From: Natator depressus | Lineage: Eukaryota | Reading direction: 5' to 3' | DNA: 64,000 bases | Assembly (NCBI RefSeq): GCF_965152275.1 | Contig: NC_134234.1 | Span: forward strand, 39,394,920-39,458,919 | Part shown: positions 32,030 through 45,184 of the stretch, piece after piece | Position numbering within the stretch: the first letter of the stretch is position 1 | Layout: every line of letters starts with the position of its first letter | Notes under the pieces: generated by a model | Database searches by the model: none | What the model saw: only the letters and a program-made list of their open reading frames with translations | What the model was told of the DNA's origin: nothing | Program-made: the position numbers and the translations under genes

Positions 32030-33835
32030 GTTAGCATGACTTATTTGTTTGTATTCTTCTGGTCTTCGTGATTTATATTACTATCTGATTCTCTGAGTGT
32101 GAGGATTATGGTTTAGATTTAAGTAGTAGAATATAATAGGGTAGGGAAAATGGTATTTATGTGCTAATGTTTTAAAAGATTTTTAGGAATAATGAACTAA
32201 TGGTTTACATTACTTCACTCTAACATATGAAAAGCAAATTTAATTGATCACTTTGTAGAGAATTCCCAGTATCCTTATTCCACCATAGGTAAGTACATAG
32301 AATACTCCATCAAAGTCAGTGGGAGTTGTGCCCAAAAAATAATGTCAGAATATTGTACAATTTGATGTTTTCAAGTACCAGAATTCTCACTCATTACTTA
32401 TGTTCATAGCCTTGATCCAATTTCCACTGAAGTCTGTAGGAAGACTCCCATTGACAACAGTGAGTTGGATCCTGGCCCCAGGAGTATTTTTTCAAATAGG
32501 TTTGATTGTCTATCTGCCATTGAAAATAGATGTAGTGTGATACAAAGTTTTTTCCATGTACCTTTTTACTGTAAGCAATCTACCCTCCCCTTTGCCCCAG
32601 ATAAGCTAAACTACGTGTTGACACAAAACTGGCTTTGAGATAATATCACCTATATCCAGGAAATGTTAGAATCCCTTGTATTGTTTTCTCTGAAGCAATA
32701 CAGCTGTTGTCACTAAAACTTCACTATCTTCCAACAGTTCTTTCCTATTCTAAGCATAGAGAAACATTGTGTTGTGTCTGATACTGCTGTGCAGTAACTG
32801 TTGGAAAACATTGACTTTATGGCAACCACTGGAGCTCAAAAATACTGCCAAAAAAAACCCAAAAGCAAATATTTTAATGATGTTCCTCAGTACACATTAG
32901 AAAATCTCTCCATACTTTCTTTAGCTGCTTTGGATGTATGGATTGCACTGGTTTTCATGCCCTTCCTTTCTTCTTTAGCTCTGCATCCCCAGTTTTTACC
33001 TGTATGAGAGGAGTGTCTGTGATAAACGTACACAATTTTTTGCGGCTTTTTGAACCAGGAGAAATAGTATGCACCCCAAATGAAGACAACAATCATTTTG
33101 AATCCATCCATCCTGAACTTACAGGAATCAACTGCATAATAAATAAAATAGTAGGGACATGCAGTCCGTTTTAGCAAAGCTTACTGTTTGCAGTCTATTG
33201 TCCTATTCATTGTATAAGCAACAGATCCATCAATCAGCAGCTGATTGGCTACTGCCCTTACTGAGATTGGGAAAGGTGTTGGAAGCAATTTTGGGGTAGT
33301 CTGTCACAAAGAATAATGGAGGAAAGGAAAGAAGGAGCAGGGAGCAATTGAATTAGCTGAAGACAGAGACTCAGTATGAGTTTAGGGAATTGATTAGAAA
33401 AATTGTTCATAAGAGTTATGGCTGTGGTGACAGTGGTTTGGGGATGTTTTAAAGGGAAAGGAGAAAGAATTGCAGTGTAGTAGAGCTTTTTGTGGAGTTT
33501 CTTCCAGCAGAGCTGGCAGAATATACTGCCTCATCTGGAGCTTGTTTGCACTATCTTTTAATAATAAATCCCATTCATTATCAGATAGCCCAGTCAACTT
33601 TCAAGCAAGAACATGAGCTCATGCTTTTCTATGCTCCCCATCCAGAAGACTTTTTGCAAGCAAGTCTCCCGTTCAAGTCATTGGCCTAAATAAGTCATAG
33701 TAAATGTTAACACATATACTGTAGTATATCGCTTATCAGAACAGGGAAATCAATGGGAGTTTTACCAGTCTGAGAACTGGAGGAGCAAGTTCTGCATCTC
33801 TGTTTCTTTTATTAATTGATATTTGTTTACTGCAG

Positions 33836-33973
33836 CTACTTCTAGAGGAAGCCATAAATTCAAGCACTTTATCCCAAGAAATTAGTGCTTTTGTGGAACT
33901 GATCTGGGCAGAAGCACTTGGTCATCTGGACCATTTACTACTTGAACCAGTAAACAACATCAGCCTAAATGAT
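33836..33973 (+). CDS. PARP4: PARP4 coding exon 7
   Basis: Acceptor gtttactgcAG; donor GAT|GTAAGT. LLLEEAINSSTLSQEISAFVELIWAEALGHLDHLLLEPVNNISLND vs human LLLEEVMNSSTLSQEVSDLVEMIWAEALGHLEHMLLKPVNRISLND. Confidence 0.9.
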
Positions 33974-35374
33974 GTAAGTTAATTTTGCTTAGAAATGATG
34001 ACTCTTTAGGAACCAGTGTTATCTAAGTATTAATGTAAGTATTTTGTTTCCAAGCAAGAGTATTTTGCCCTTTCCAACCTGGGATCAGAATTATACTAGA
34101 TACAGTTGTATTTAAACACACCTCCATAACTGTATCTAGTGTGTATGTGTGTATATATGTATCCAGAGACTGTGGTGGGTGCATTTTATAAATCAATTAA
34201 TATATAAATTTTAGACATACCATTTGATGTGGAGACGTGGGAGCCTGTCTACTGCAATTTCCTATTCATTTTACATAAGTCACCAGGTATTTGGTAGGTA
34301 ACATTCAATCATTGCCAGTGTAAGTAAGATACGAACCACAGTCCTAGAAGTGAAAAGGTCTGTATCCCAATGTGTCCCTCTGTAAGAATTAATTTGATAA
34401 AATTCATATGTTCTGACTGGCTTCACTGCCAAAGTAGTTAATTTGTAACAGAAACATCATTGTGTGCAATTTCCTAAGAAATAGTCTTAAGTTTTTAAAA
34501 TATAAGAATTTAAAAGCTGTGGTTCAGTTAGCAATGTTGCCAAAGGGCCATTGTGAAGCAAGGACCAACCTTGGATCAGTATTGATATAGAGTACAACTT
34601 TGTTATGAAGTCCCTGGCTTATGTCACTACTATTACACTACTGGATATTGCTTATGGTTTGTGTAAATTTATTGAAGTTTGCCTCTTCCCTACTGCTCTG
34701 TGATCATCAAACCATCACATGGCATTCTGCAGAAAGGATCAAATGGGAATGTATTACAAGTAACAGCTATATTGAAATTCAGTACAGTTATGTGAACAAA
34801 TCTATTTCCTGTTTTATTTCAAATGTGGACAGAATGTCAAATGGATAATGGTACTTCAGTGCAGTCTTCAGACTCTTGCTATAAATAGGTGTTTGCCTTA
34901 TGTACCTTTGGATAAACTAATGATTTAGAAGTTTCATTAACATTTATTGTTATCTTCTTGTAGTTTCCAACCATAAACCCTCTGGGATTGTTTTCCATTA
35001 TTTAATGAAGAGTTAGTCTGACCTTGTGAATTTACAAGAAACTAAGAGGCATTTGCCCGCTAATCAAATCCATGTTCTTTTTTGTTATATACTTGGGGTA
35101 CATGCTGCTCCCCTTACTTTGTGAGCAGTCCTACTGAAATCAGCACGACTACTTGCGGAGTAGCTCAGCATGAAGATAGAATCAGGTACTTGGTTTTGAA
35201 TGCCAAACTCAGATACAAAAAGGCATTGTGCTGGTGTTGCAATAACAAAGAATAAACAAAAAAGTATTATCTTAGTGTGGAAACAAATTACCCTCTATTT
35301 CTAGTATTTACCTTTTTCAGGCTTGTTGCACTGTTCTGTCAGGATTTCATATTTAATAATCTCTTCTCTTGAAG

Positions 35375-35548
35375 GTGAGCAAAGGGGAAGGTATTCTACT
35401 TCAAATAAAGAATGCAATGAATGAGGGAACAGCAGCAAAGGCACTGAAAGCGATGATGATGGAGTTCTATCGAATTATACGTCACAAAAGTGGAATAGAC
35501 TATAATATTACCAAAAAACTGTTATCTAGCAAACAGGACCTCTGTCAG
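35375..35548 (+). CDS. PARP4: PARP4 coding exon 8
   Basis: Acceptor ctcttgaAG; donor CAG|GTAACA. VSKGEGILLQIKNAMNEGTAAKALKAMMMEFYRIIRHKSGIDYNITKKLLSSKQDLCQ vs human VSKAEGILLLVKAALKNGETAEQLQKMMTEFYRLIPHK...KKADLCQ. Confidence 0.9.
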
Positions 35549-36694
35549 GTAACATTTTCAGATTGCTAGTAAGCACTGATGTGTCCTGTATAGTGTCACT
35601 TATAAATACTGTCACACCAGTGAGTAGGATATTTTTTAACTCTTGCAAGGGCTACTAAAATGTAGTTCCATTGTGAATCCAAATAGCAATGGGGGCTTAC
35701 TAGTGGTGCAAAGAAATTACGTTTAAAATATGGTCGATATAATTATCTTTGGCCATAGGAAAGTTTCTGATACCAGAAGTCTCTCATCCCATAAATCTTG
35801 CCCGTGACTGATGATGTGGCAGCAATATAATGTTTTTATAGTTTAATGTTATATAATTAGTTTGTGTGCAGGTTAGGTGCCCCATCATGATATGTTGTTA
35901 TACAGATCATACTGTATGATCACAATGGTTCCTTCTGACCTTGGAATCTGTGAATATGCATTAATCAAATTTTGTGTGTGTGCCACTTCTCCAGGCATAA
36001 GCTGGTGCTGGGTTGCTTGGCCTCCCCACCCTGTCTCCATCCTCCGAGCAGGAAAACTCCCTGCTAAGGTTTGGGAATTGGATTGGTCCGAGTCCTGTGA
36101 TAACATGATCTCAATCCCTCACCTTTCCCCCCTCCCCTAGACTGTGAAGCCCAGCTTTGTGCATTGCTTTTACTGCCATTGCCCTCCTGATTGGCCAGTG
36201 GCACTGCTGACAACACAGGATGGCTGCTGAGTGGCAGCCAGGGTGTGGGGACGGGCCCAGGAGCAAAGTCAAAATGGCAGCCAACCAACAGAAAATACTG
36301 GTTTGCTGAGTTGTTGTGAGATGGCCCAAGGCTTGGATTGATTTGGAGTTTTATGAAAGCAGTTTAAGTGTATCTGCCATGTTTTGTTTACATAAGGTGC
36401 CATACCTGGTCTCACTCTTGCTATACATGCTAACAGATAAATTGAAATAATCTCTGCTTTTATCTTCAGTTCCAGTATTATTTCACTGTAATTTGAGAGA
36501 ATTATTTTCTTTTACTATAATTTTCTCTCTCTTTCTTTCTTCTGGGTTTTGGTTATTTTCTATATTAAATGTAACAAGTATAAAATGACCCCCCCAAAAA
36601 AGTCACCAAAAATGTAGAGAATTAGAACATTGTTCACTAATCACTACAATATATTATCCACATATCAATTCTAATTTATATCTTTATATTTTAG

Positions 36695-36855
36695 CTAATC
36701 AGAGACATGCTTAATGTTTGTGAAACAAGTATGTCAAGCCCTAACCCACCATCTCTTGCTAAATACCGGGCTTTAAGGTGCAAGATACAAGCTATCAATC
36801 CAAAGAGTGAAGAATTTCTCAATGTTAAACAGCAGGTGTTGAAAAACAATCACAG
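36695..36855 (+). CDS. PARP4: PARP4 coding exon 9
   Basis: Acceptor atattttAG; donor CAC AG|GTGGGT. LIRDMLNVCETSMSSPNPPSLAKYRALRCKIQAINPKSEEFLNVKQQVLKNNH vs human LIRDMVNVCETNLSKPNPPSLAKYRALRCKIEHVEQNTEEF. Ends phase 2. Confidence 0.9.
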
Positions 36856-38107
36856 GTGGGTGTTTAATAGTGATAAGATGATCTCAGTAGTATTATAGAA
36901 ATAATGCATAAAATACGTATAATGAGCGGTGGGCCACCAGATTCTGCCACAGCAGTGAGATCTTTGGCTTCTGGAACACTCCACTCCACTCCAGAACCAG
37001 CAGGATTGTGGAGTAGGCAGGGCTGGCCTTTACAAAAGCAAAGTAAGCAGGCATAGCATGTCAGGTGTTTATCTTATTCCTCCTCCATCTCTGAGACAAA
37101 AGGAAGAGGAAAGAACTTGCTCCCATACCTTCCTTAAGACCAGAACCAGATGGGAAGAAATTCATGCCCAGTCATCAGCTCCAGCATCTTGGGGCTGTGT
37201 CCTTGCTTGGGGCCCTGCAGCTTTTACAGCCAGCATGATGATAGGCCATTGGTAGCTCACTCCCAACTCTAAAAACAGCTGGATCTTGGCCCCAGTTGTT
37301 CTTCCTGCCCATCTTTGCTTTGATCAGCTGCATAAGATATATCTTCCTCTACTATGATGTACATTTGGATTGAATAGAAACAAATTCATTATGACAGTAT
37401 CTAATGAGACTGAAAAAATTGCTCTATTTTTTGTTTCATTATTCAAGGCCTCAATAATTTTGAAAGGAACTATTTTTAAATTTGTTTTAATTAGATTTTA
37501 TGGCTTCTGTGTTTGTTGCTGAATTTCAGTGTTTATTTTCAGGCATTTTAACGTTGATCCTTTTTTAAGTGTAAAATTTTTATTTCAGCTGTTTTTAATT
37601 TTCCTTGTGTTATTTAAAAAACCTGCCCCCCCCCTTTTGAGAATCTCCTTAGCCCCTTTCAAACCATTCTCATTCATGTAAAAAACTATAAATTAAATGT
37701 TCTTTGCTATATACTTTCAAAAAGCTTACTTGCTAATGTATATTTCAGTTGGATTTTATTTAATTGTATTGGTTGGGGTTATACTAGAGACCCTATCTTG
37801 TAATTAACCAGTAAAATTAAACATGGAAAAATGAATAAATTCATCAAAATAAAGTTAGAGAGAGTACGTGATCTTAGTTTTTGGGACACTGCATTTGATT
37901 TTCTGTAAAAGATATTTTTTTCAAAAATCAAACTACTGTAGAAATAGATGTTGAAGGAGCAGGCTTAAAAGGTCTTCTAAAAAAGAAGCTTCATATAGTA
38001 GCTCCATAAGTAGGGACATTAAAAAATATTTGTAATCCTCAAAAAACCTACCTCAGGTAAAGTTTTCAGAAGTGCCTAAGTAACTTAGGAGCCTATCTCC
38101 TGTTTAC

Positions 38108-38314
38108 AAAAGTGACATATTTCAGAGTAGCAGCCGTGTTAGTCTGTATCCTCAAAAAGAAAAGGAGTACTTGTGGCACCTTGGAGGCTAACAAATTTAT
38201 TTGAGCATAAGCTTTCGTGAGCTACAGCTGTAGCTCACAAAAGCTTATGCTCAAATAAATTTGTTAGTCTCTAAGGTGCCACAAGTCCTCCTTTTCTTTT
38301 TAAAAGTGACATAG
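38108..38314. repeat. Family-A spacerless palindrome (two ~85-bp arms meeting at gagctacagc|tgtagctc) flanked by 12-bp direct repeat aaaagtgacata
   Basis: 38120-38210 and 38211-38300 are reverse complements. aaaagtgacata at 38108-38119 and 38303-38314. Confidence 0.7.
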
Positions 38315-38329
38315 GTACTTAGGAGGTGA

Positions 38330-38870
38330 TAGCCTTGTCTACACTACAAATGGCTTGCTGGTATACTAGCAACATAAGCTGCATCTGCACTAAGGACTCT
38401 GACAAAAGGAGTTTTTCTGCCCATGTAGGAATACCAAGTCCCTGAACCACATTGTCTACTCTGACAGAAGCACTCATCTGTCACCATAGCTGCATCTAAA
38501 CGCGGGGGGTTGCCGCATAGCTATGTTGGCTGGAGGGGATGGGCTTTTTACACCCTGACTGACAGCAATGCCAACAAAACTTTGTGGTGGAGACCTGGCC
38601 TCATTCTCTTTGAAAGTCATTGGGACTTAAGAGCCTAAGGTTGCGGCCTGGTCTACACTACAAAATTAGATCAACATAAGCCACCTTGCGTCAACTTAGT
38701 TGTACATGTGTCTATACTTACATTTATCTCCAGCTGATGTAAGTGTCCTACAGGGATGTACTACAGGGATGCAGTAACACCACCTCCTTGAATGGTGTTG
38801 AGCTGTGGTCGACATACTGAGGTTAATGCAGCACGAGTATTGACACTGTGTGACTTACGTTGACCCTAAC
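38330..38870. repeat. Family-C (gtctacac-type) repeats, two adjacent copies
   Basis: tagccttgtctacactacaaatgg... and ggcctggtctacactacaaaattag... starts; ends ...gttgaccctaacag. Confidence 0.45.
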
Positions 38871-39379
38871 AGTTCTCCAGCAGCTGTCCCACAACACTGT
38901 CCCACCTAACACTGACTGCTCTGGTCACAGTTTTGAACTCGTCTCAGAGACCAGAAGCCACTACTGCTCCTTTAAAACCCCTGTATATTTTTAAAAGTCT
39001 TTTTCTGGTTGCCCAGCCTGGCAGACACACCTACCGTCTCTCCCTTGTTGTAAGCAATTGACCATGCTGGCTCCACTCACTAGATTTGCTACTGCTTGGA
39101 GCAGACAGTAGGTATTGGATCTCCTGAGCCTGTGGGGAGAAGAGACTGTGCAGACACAGCTTTGGAGCAGTCATAGAAACATGGAAATCTGCCAAAAGAT
39201 TGCACAGGGGATGCAGGCAAAGGGGTATGGTAGGAATCACAGCAGTGCCAGGTGAAAACGAAGGACCTGCAGCAGGCATACTAGAACCAGGGAGGCCAAA
39301 AGTCAATCCAGTGCCTACTTACAGACCTGCTGCTTTTACAATGAACTGAATGTGACTTTTGAAAATGGTGCAAAGGCCT

Positions 39380-39575
39380 GACTTAACCTCTGTTGTAGAT
39401 GCAACAGGTTTGTTGGAAAAATGCTTCTGTTGTCCTAGCTACTGTCACTCAGGGAGGTGGAGTTCCTACAGCAGTGAAAAAAAATCTCTTCATTGCTATA
39501 ATCTGCATCTGCACTATGGGGTTACAGCAGCGTATGCTGTGCTGCTGTAGCACCCATTGTGTAGACATGGCCTTA
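39380..39575. repeat. Family-C related fragment (ends ...cattgtgtagacatggcc)
   Basis: Inverted gtgtagac terminus and ctgcactatggggttacagcagcg core shared with 38330-38560. Confidence 0.4.
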
Positions 39576-40604
39576 AGAGCCAAGTCACTTAGGTACTTTT
39601 GAAAAATTTACCCCTCATCTTAACTCTGAAGGTGGCCTCCTGTCAGAGGTAGAGCCTGGAAGTGATATCAATAAACAGCATGCTGGAGCATTACATGGAG
39701 CAGGATCCACAGATCTGCACCAAGTCTGGACTTCCCAGGATCTGAAAGGATACCAAAAAAGGCAAATTTAAAAAAAGCTTTGCTAAATTCCTCTCTGCTC
39801 ATGCTACTGAGGGATTCAGCACCTATTCCTACTACTCTGAATTTGTTATTTAAATATCTTTAAGAGAAGATCCCACCAAGATTGTTTTGTAATTGAATAA
39901 GTATTTTGTATGTAGCTGAGCTTGTGGCAGGCTTGTTCGGGACTGAGCTTGTAGGCCCAGATCCTCAGGTGCCTAAATATCTTTAACTCCCATTGATTCA
40001 TGGAGTTGGGCACCTAAATACCTTTTAAGCCTTAATCAGTGTGCAACAACTTCCAGCAGCCATTGGTCCTTTCTCCAGCCTCAACAGACAAGTGTCAGTG
40101 GCTGCTGGGAGTTGTAGTGTAATGCAGCTGCATTCTGTGCAGACCATGAGCTAGAAGCTCTTCCCCTTAGGTCACCCAGACTGTTGACTCCAAAAGGACA
40201 ATGAGTGAGTAGGCCTGATTGTAGAAACTTCAAAATCTGTTTTTGTTAAAATTTTGGAAAACTAACATTTGGATTTTTTCACAGTTGTGCCATAGCTTGA
40301 ACTCTGTGAAACATAAATACATTGTATAGAAAAGGAGGAAACCTACTATGGGATTACAGACAATCACAGATTAGATAGCTGCTGTTGAATTACAATTTGT
40401 ATTCCTGTTTGCTTTTAATATTTAAATATTTCCAGTAAATGCTCCTTTGTATTGTGTCTGGTTGTTTTTCTTTTATAATTACAAGAAACGAAAAGTAGTC
40501 ATTTCTATGAGGTACATATTAGTTCTTCACCCATTAGCTATTAATTGAATTTGAATATACTTTCTAACTCACATGACCTCGAAGTTCATTTTCAATTTCT
40601 TGCA

Positions 40605-40742
40605 GTGACTGTCCAGTGAAAGTTCTACAAATATTCAGAGTTGGCAGAATAAGTGAAACAGCAGAGTTTCTGAGCAGTCTTGGGAATGTTCAATCCTTAT
40701 TCCATGCATCATCTGTGCGCAACTTTGTTGGAATTCTCTCCC
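40605..40742 (+). CDS. PARP4: PARP4 coding exon 10 (start of PARP catalytic domain; His-Ala-Ser at 40702-40710)
   Basis: Acceptor tttcttgcAG; donor TCC CG|GTAAGA. (S)DCPVKVLQIFRVGRISETAEFLSSLGNVQSLFHASSVRNFVGILS vs human SPVDVLQIFRVGRVNETTEFLSKLGNVRPLLHGSPVQNIVGILC. Phase 2 in, phase 2 out. Confidence 0.85.
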
Positions 40743-41629
40743 GGTAAGAACTTGCAGTATTTTTTCCTTAAGGTTTTCCAGCATCTTTTTACTTTTTTAT
40801 CTAATATTTGGGGCTTATAAAGGGAATCATTTTCTTTGACATCAAGCAAACGTTTACTTTAATGTTTGAGCATTAACATTTATGCGGGTACATCATAATG
40901 GAAAAATCTACCTTTTCTTTTGAACAGATGAGTTATAAAGACTTGATATTCTCTTGAAAATGGGTCTAAAGTGGATATAAGTGGTCAGACATCATGGTAA
41001 TAAGCATAATTTAAATACCTGGGTAGAGAAAGAACTTAATTTTTTTTCAGTGTGTTCTATTTAAGCTTAATTACTAACCTAAAAAAATAGAGAGAGAGTG
41101 GAAAGAGTAATAAAATGTGAATACTATATCCCTTCTTCTAGCAAGCCTTCCATTGCTGACCTACGCCCTCCATTTTTAGATGTTATTTTTTAAAATATAT
41201 TTGTGTATGTAATATTAAGCACACATCACTATCTTCTGCTGCTGTAACCCATATCTTACCACACCTACTGTTTATTTGCATCCTTTGTGTTGGATCTAAT
41301 TAAGGGTCAAACATTTGCAGCCAATAGTAGTACTAGTAGTACTAACAAATTCTATGGGACTACTCACGATAGTAAGTACTGAGTTCATTAATGAGTGTTC
41401 ATGTGATCATCCTCTTTGATTGCAGCTCCTGAGGACAAGAATCTGTTAACTTTATTTGATTGTAAAGGGCCATGCACACCTATGATACTGTATAAATAAT
41501 ACAATGTTAGTTTTATTTCTATAGCCAAATAAAATTGATTTCTGTCATAATCTTAACAGAATTCATAGATTCTAAGGCAATAAGGGACAATTAGGTTGTC
41601 TGGTTGAACTTCCTGTATATCACAGGCCA

Positions 41630-41880
41630 CTAAGAGTATGTCTACACTGCAGTTAAAGACCCACAGCTAGTCTGTGTCAGCTAACTCAGGCTTGCGGGGC
41701 TTGGGTTACAAGGCTGTGGTGTAGTCGTTCAGGCTCTGGGACCCCACGAAGAGGGGTTGTCCCAGAGCCTGGGGTCCACCCTGGGCCTGAGTATTTACAC
41801 CACTGTTAAACAGCCCTATAGCCTGAGCCTCGCAAACCAAGTCAGCTGATAACCCCTGCGTTGAGCCCAATATTGGTTTT
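41630..41880. repeat. Family-C (gtctacac-type) MITE-like element
   Basis: gagtatgtctacactgcagttaaagaccc...; near-identical architecture to 27870-28150. Confidence 0.55.
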
Positions 41881-41904
41881 TTTTGTTTTTTGTTTTTTGT
41901 TTTA
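41875..41904. repeat. (TTTTTG)n-like T-rich microsatellite
   Basis: Seen directly. Confidence 0.8.
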
Positions 41905-41929
41905 CTAAAACATACCTTTCAGAAAGACA

Positions 41930-42900
41930 TCCAGTCTTGATTTGAAGGAATCAACAGATAGAGAATCCAATACTTCCTTTGTTAAGTTTAGTCCAGAGGT
42001 TTATCACCTTCAAAAATATGTGCCCTGTGTCTAATTTGAATTTGTTTGACTTCGGCTTCTAGTCATTGATTCTTGTTATGCCTCTCTCCTCAAGATTAAA
42101 GAGCCCATCAGTACCAAGCATTTTCTCCCTGTCAGGGTACTTATAAACTGTAATCGAGTGACCTCTTAAGGTCTTTAAGTTTCTTGCTGTAAGACATTTT
42201 CTCCAGACCTCAAATTATTTTTGTGGCTTTTCTCTGTGCCTGCTTCAGATTTTCAACATCTTTTAAAAAATGTGGACACCAGAACTGTATGCAATATTCT
42301 GTTATCAGTCTCACCAGTGCTGTAAACAAAGGTAAAATAATCTGAGAGCTTCTCTGTTTCTACGTCCAAGAACAGTGTTATCCGTTTTTGCCACGGTGTC
42401 ACACTAGGAGCTCATGTTGAGTTTCTTAGCCACTGTGACTGCAAAATCTTTTTCAGAGTCACAGCTTTGAGGATACCAGCCCCCATTCTGTAGATATTGC
42501 CTGTGTTTCTTGTTCCTAGATGTATGACCTTGCATTTGGTTGTATTTAAATGTATTTTGTTTGAATGGGCCTGATCTACCAACTGATCCAGATCACTCTG
42601 TATGACTGCCCTCACTTTGTCCTCATCCTTATTTACTACTCTGCCAACCTTTGTGTCATCCTCAGATATGATCAGCAGTGTTTGTTTATTTATTTCCAAA
42701 TCACTGATTTAAAATATTGAACAGCATTGGGCCTAGTGCCAATCCATGAAGAACCCAACTAGAAAAATCCCCATTTGATGATGATTCCCCATTGACAACT
42801 GCTTTTTGAGTTCTGTCAGTTAGTTGTTAGTTCTGTCAGTTAGTTCTTAATCTATTTTAGATGTGCTTTATTTATATTATATAGTGCTAATATTTTCATA
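41930..42900 (-). mobile_element. CR1 fragment (RT C-terminal region)
   Basis: ORF 42412-42699(-) ...DDTKVGRVVNKDEDKVRAVIQSDLDQLVDQAHSNKIHLNTTKCKVIHLG aligns to CR1 ORF2 ...[48 protein letters not shown]. Confidence 0.6.
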
Positions 42901-43546
42901 AGAATGTCATGCGGTACTAAGTCAAATGGCTTATAAAAGTCTAAGTATATAACATCTATGCAGTTACCAATATCAACCAAATTTGTAATCTCATCAAAAG
43001 TTTAAATCTGATTTGTTTGACAAGATCTGCTTTCCATAAAAGAAGACTAAAATTAAGGATCAAACTGCACTTCACTCCTGGACACACTACCTTTTATGCC
43101 CACCCTTGTTTTGCTTAGATAATGTATGTGTCTGTGATAAGTGTACAGTGTTCCACACAGTATAGGTTATAGAAAAGTAGCACTATTTTGTATAATCAGA
43201 CAAATATTAAGTGCTAGTTTCATGTTAATCTGGATGTTTGCCAGTGATCACTATTTTGTTTTCACTTTGTAACATGCAGTTCTTATGCGCTAAAACTAGA
43301 AAAATAAGGAGTATTTACTGTAATATCCTCTTGATGAACCTCACCCATGGATTTCCCCTATTGTGACTAACTCAGTAATGTCTCTGTTTTACTGAACATT
43401 TTCCAGAACTCTCTTTCCATGGTTTCTGTAAACTGTATTTTGTCTAGTTCATCAGTGACACCCTATTTACTCAGTCTGTATTAATCACAGGACTGTATGT
43501 CAGGATCCTTCTACCTTCATTAACTGTGATGCTATTTCTTTTCTAG

Positions 43547-43645
43547 GGGACTCCTTTTACCAAAGATAGTGGTTGAAGACCATGGCGTGGAAAGAACTGA
43601 TACTGGGAACCTGGGGAGTGGCATTTATTTCAGTGATTCCATCAG
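43547..43645 (+). CDS. PARP4: PARP4 coding exon 11 (catalytic domain)
   Basis: Acceptor tttcttttctAG; donor ATC AG|GTTTGA. (R)GLLLPKIVVEDHGVERTDTGNLGSGIYFSDSI vs human GLLLPKVVEDRGVQRTDVGNLGSGIYFSDSL. Confidence 0.9.
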
Positions 43646-43730
43646 GTTTGAAATACTTAGTTATAATACTGTGTTCTTTTGACTGTTAAAGAAATTTAAG
43701 TTTCTTTTTGAAATGTTTTAGAGCAGGGGT

Positions 43731-44366
43731 GGGCAAACTACGGCGCGCGGTCCAGATCCAGGCCACCAGCCATTTTAATCTGGCCCTCGAGCTCCCATGG
43801 GGAAGCGGGGTCTGGGGCTTTCCCTGCTCTGGTGTTCCACGCAGCTCCCGGAAGCAGTGGCATGGCCCTTCTCTGGGTCCTATGCATAGGGGCAGCCAGG
43901 GGGCTCCACTCTGCATGCTACCCCTACCCCAAGCACCGCCCCGCAGCTCCCATTGGCCAAGAACCACAGCCAATGGGAACTGCAGGGGCGGTGCCTGTGG
44001 ATGGGGCAGCGTGCAGAGCCGCCTGGCCGCACTTCCGTGTAGGAGCTGGAGAAGGGACATGCCGCTGCTTCTGGGAGCCACTTGAGGTAATTGTCTTGAG
44101 GTAAGCCTGCACCCCAGAGCCTCTCCCTGCACCCCAACCCCCTGCCCCAGCCCTGATCCCCCTTCCGTCCTCTGAACCCCTCAATCCCAGCCCAGAGCAC
44201 CCTCCGTCACCCCAAATCTCTCCTCTCCAGCCCTACCCCAGAGCCCGCATCCCCAATCAGAGCCCTCACCCCTTCCTGCACCCCAACCCCAATTTTGTGA
44301 GCATTCATGGCCCACCGTACAATTTCTATTCCCAGATGTGGCCCTTGGGACAAAAAGTTTGCCCAT
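43731..44366. repeat. Family-B GC-rich MITE (TIR ggggtgggcaaact ... agtttgcccatccc), intron 11/12 of PARP4
   Basis: Terminal inverted repeats. Internal ctcccattggccaagaaccacagccaatgggaactg paired CCAAT boxes. Same family as 20229-20866. Confidence 0.7.
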
Positions 44367-44510
44367 CCCTGTGGTCGAGGAATTTTAAGATAATTTTGAT
44401 GTTGAAAGTTATTCCTTTCCAGTTTTCTACTTTCTACTGAAACTTAAAATAGAAATGCATGTTAATGTAAACTGTATGTGTCTGTGTGTGTGATTTTTCT
44501 TTAACTGTAG

Positions 44511-44694
44511 TACAAGCATTAAGTATTCTCTACCAAGTGAAATGGACGGAACTCGATTGTTGGCTGTTTGTAATGTGGCACTAGGAACCTGCCTGGACTT
44601 GTATAAAAAAGATTTGTCATTAACTAATGCACCATCAGGATATGACAGCGTGCATGGAGTCCGTAAAACAGCAAACATCTATTCAGATTTTGAG
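44511..44694 (+). CDS. PARP4: PARP4 coding exon 12 (catalytic domain, includes conserved catalytic Glu region ...SDFE)
   Basis: Acceptor taactgtAG; donor GAG|GTACAG. (S)TSIKYSLPSEMDGTRLLAVCNVALGTCLDLYKKDLSLTNAPSGYDSVHGVRKTANIYSDFE vs human STSIKYSHPGETDGTRLLLICDVALGKCMDLHEKDFSLTEAPPGYDSVHGV. Confidence 0.9.
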
Positions 44695-45184
44695 GTACAG
44701 AAATCAGATCCAACCAAAAAAAGGCACTGAGGTTGTTTAAAACTGATTTATTGTGCCAGTGTTAGACAACAGGACAGAGGGAGACTGAATTCCTAGGTTC
44801 TATTCCCAGTTCTGCCACTGAGTTACTATGTGGCAATGGGCAAGTCACTATCACTTTTACTTCCATTTCCCCATCAGTAAAGTGCATACAATACCTGCAT
44901 CACAGGATTTTTAAACATTTGTATAGAGCTTTTGGGACTGTGGCATGAAGGACGCTATTTAAATGAAAAATATTAATATTATTTTATATTACAGTAGAAT
45001 TTTCCTATAATTTGCTGAGAGGGATTTTATATTGAACTTGGTTCTAACAAAGTGGAGGGGGGGGATCCTGAATTACTCTGCAACATTTCAGCAGACTTTC
45101 ATGTCACATAAACCACATACACAATAGGATTTGGAGCCATGGAAGGGTCAACCAGGATTTTTTGTAATGGATGTTGAATATAAT

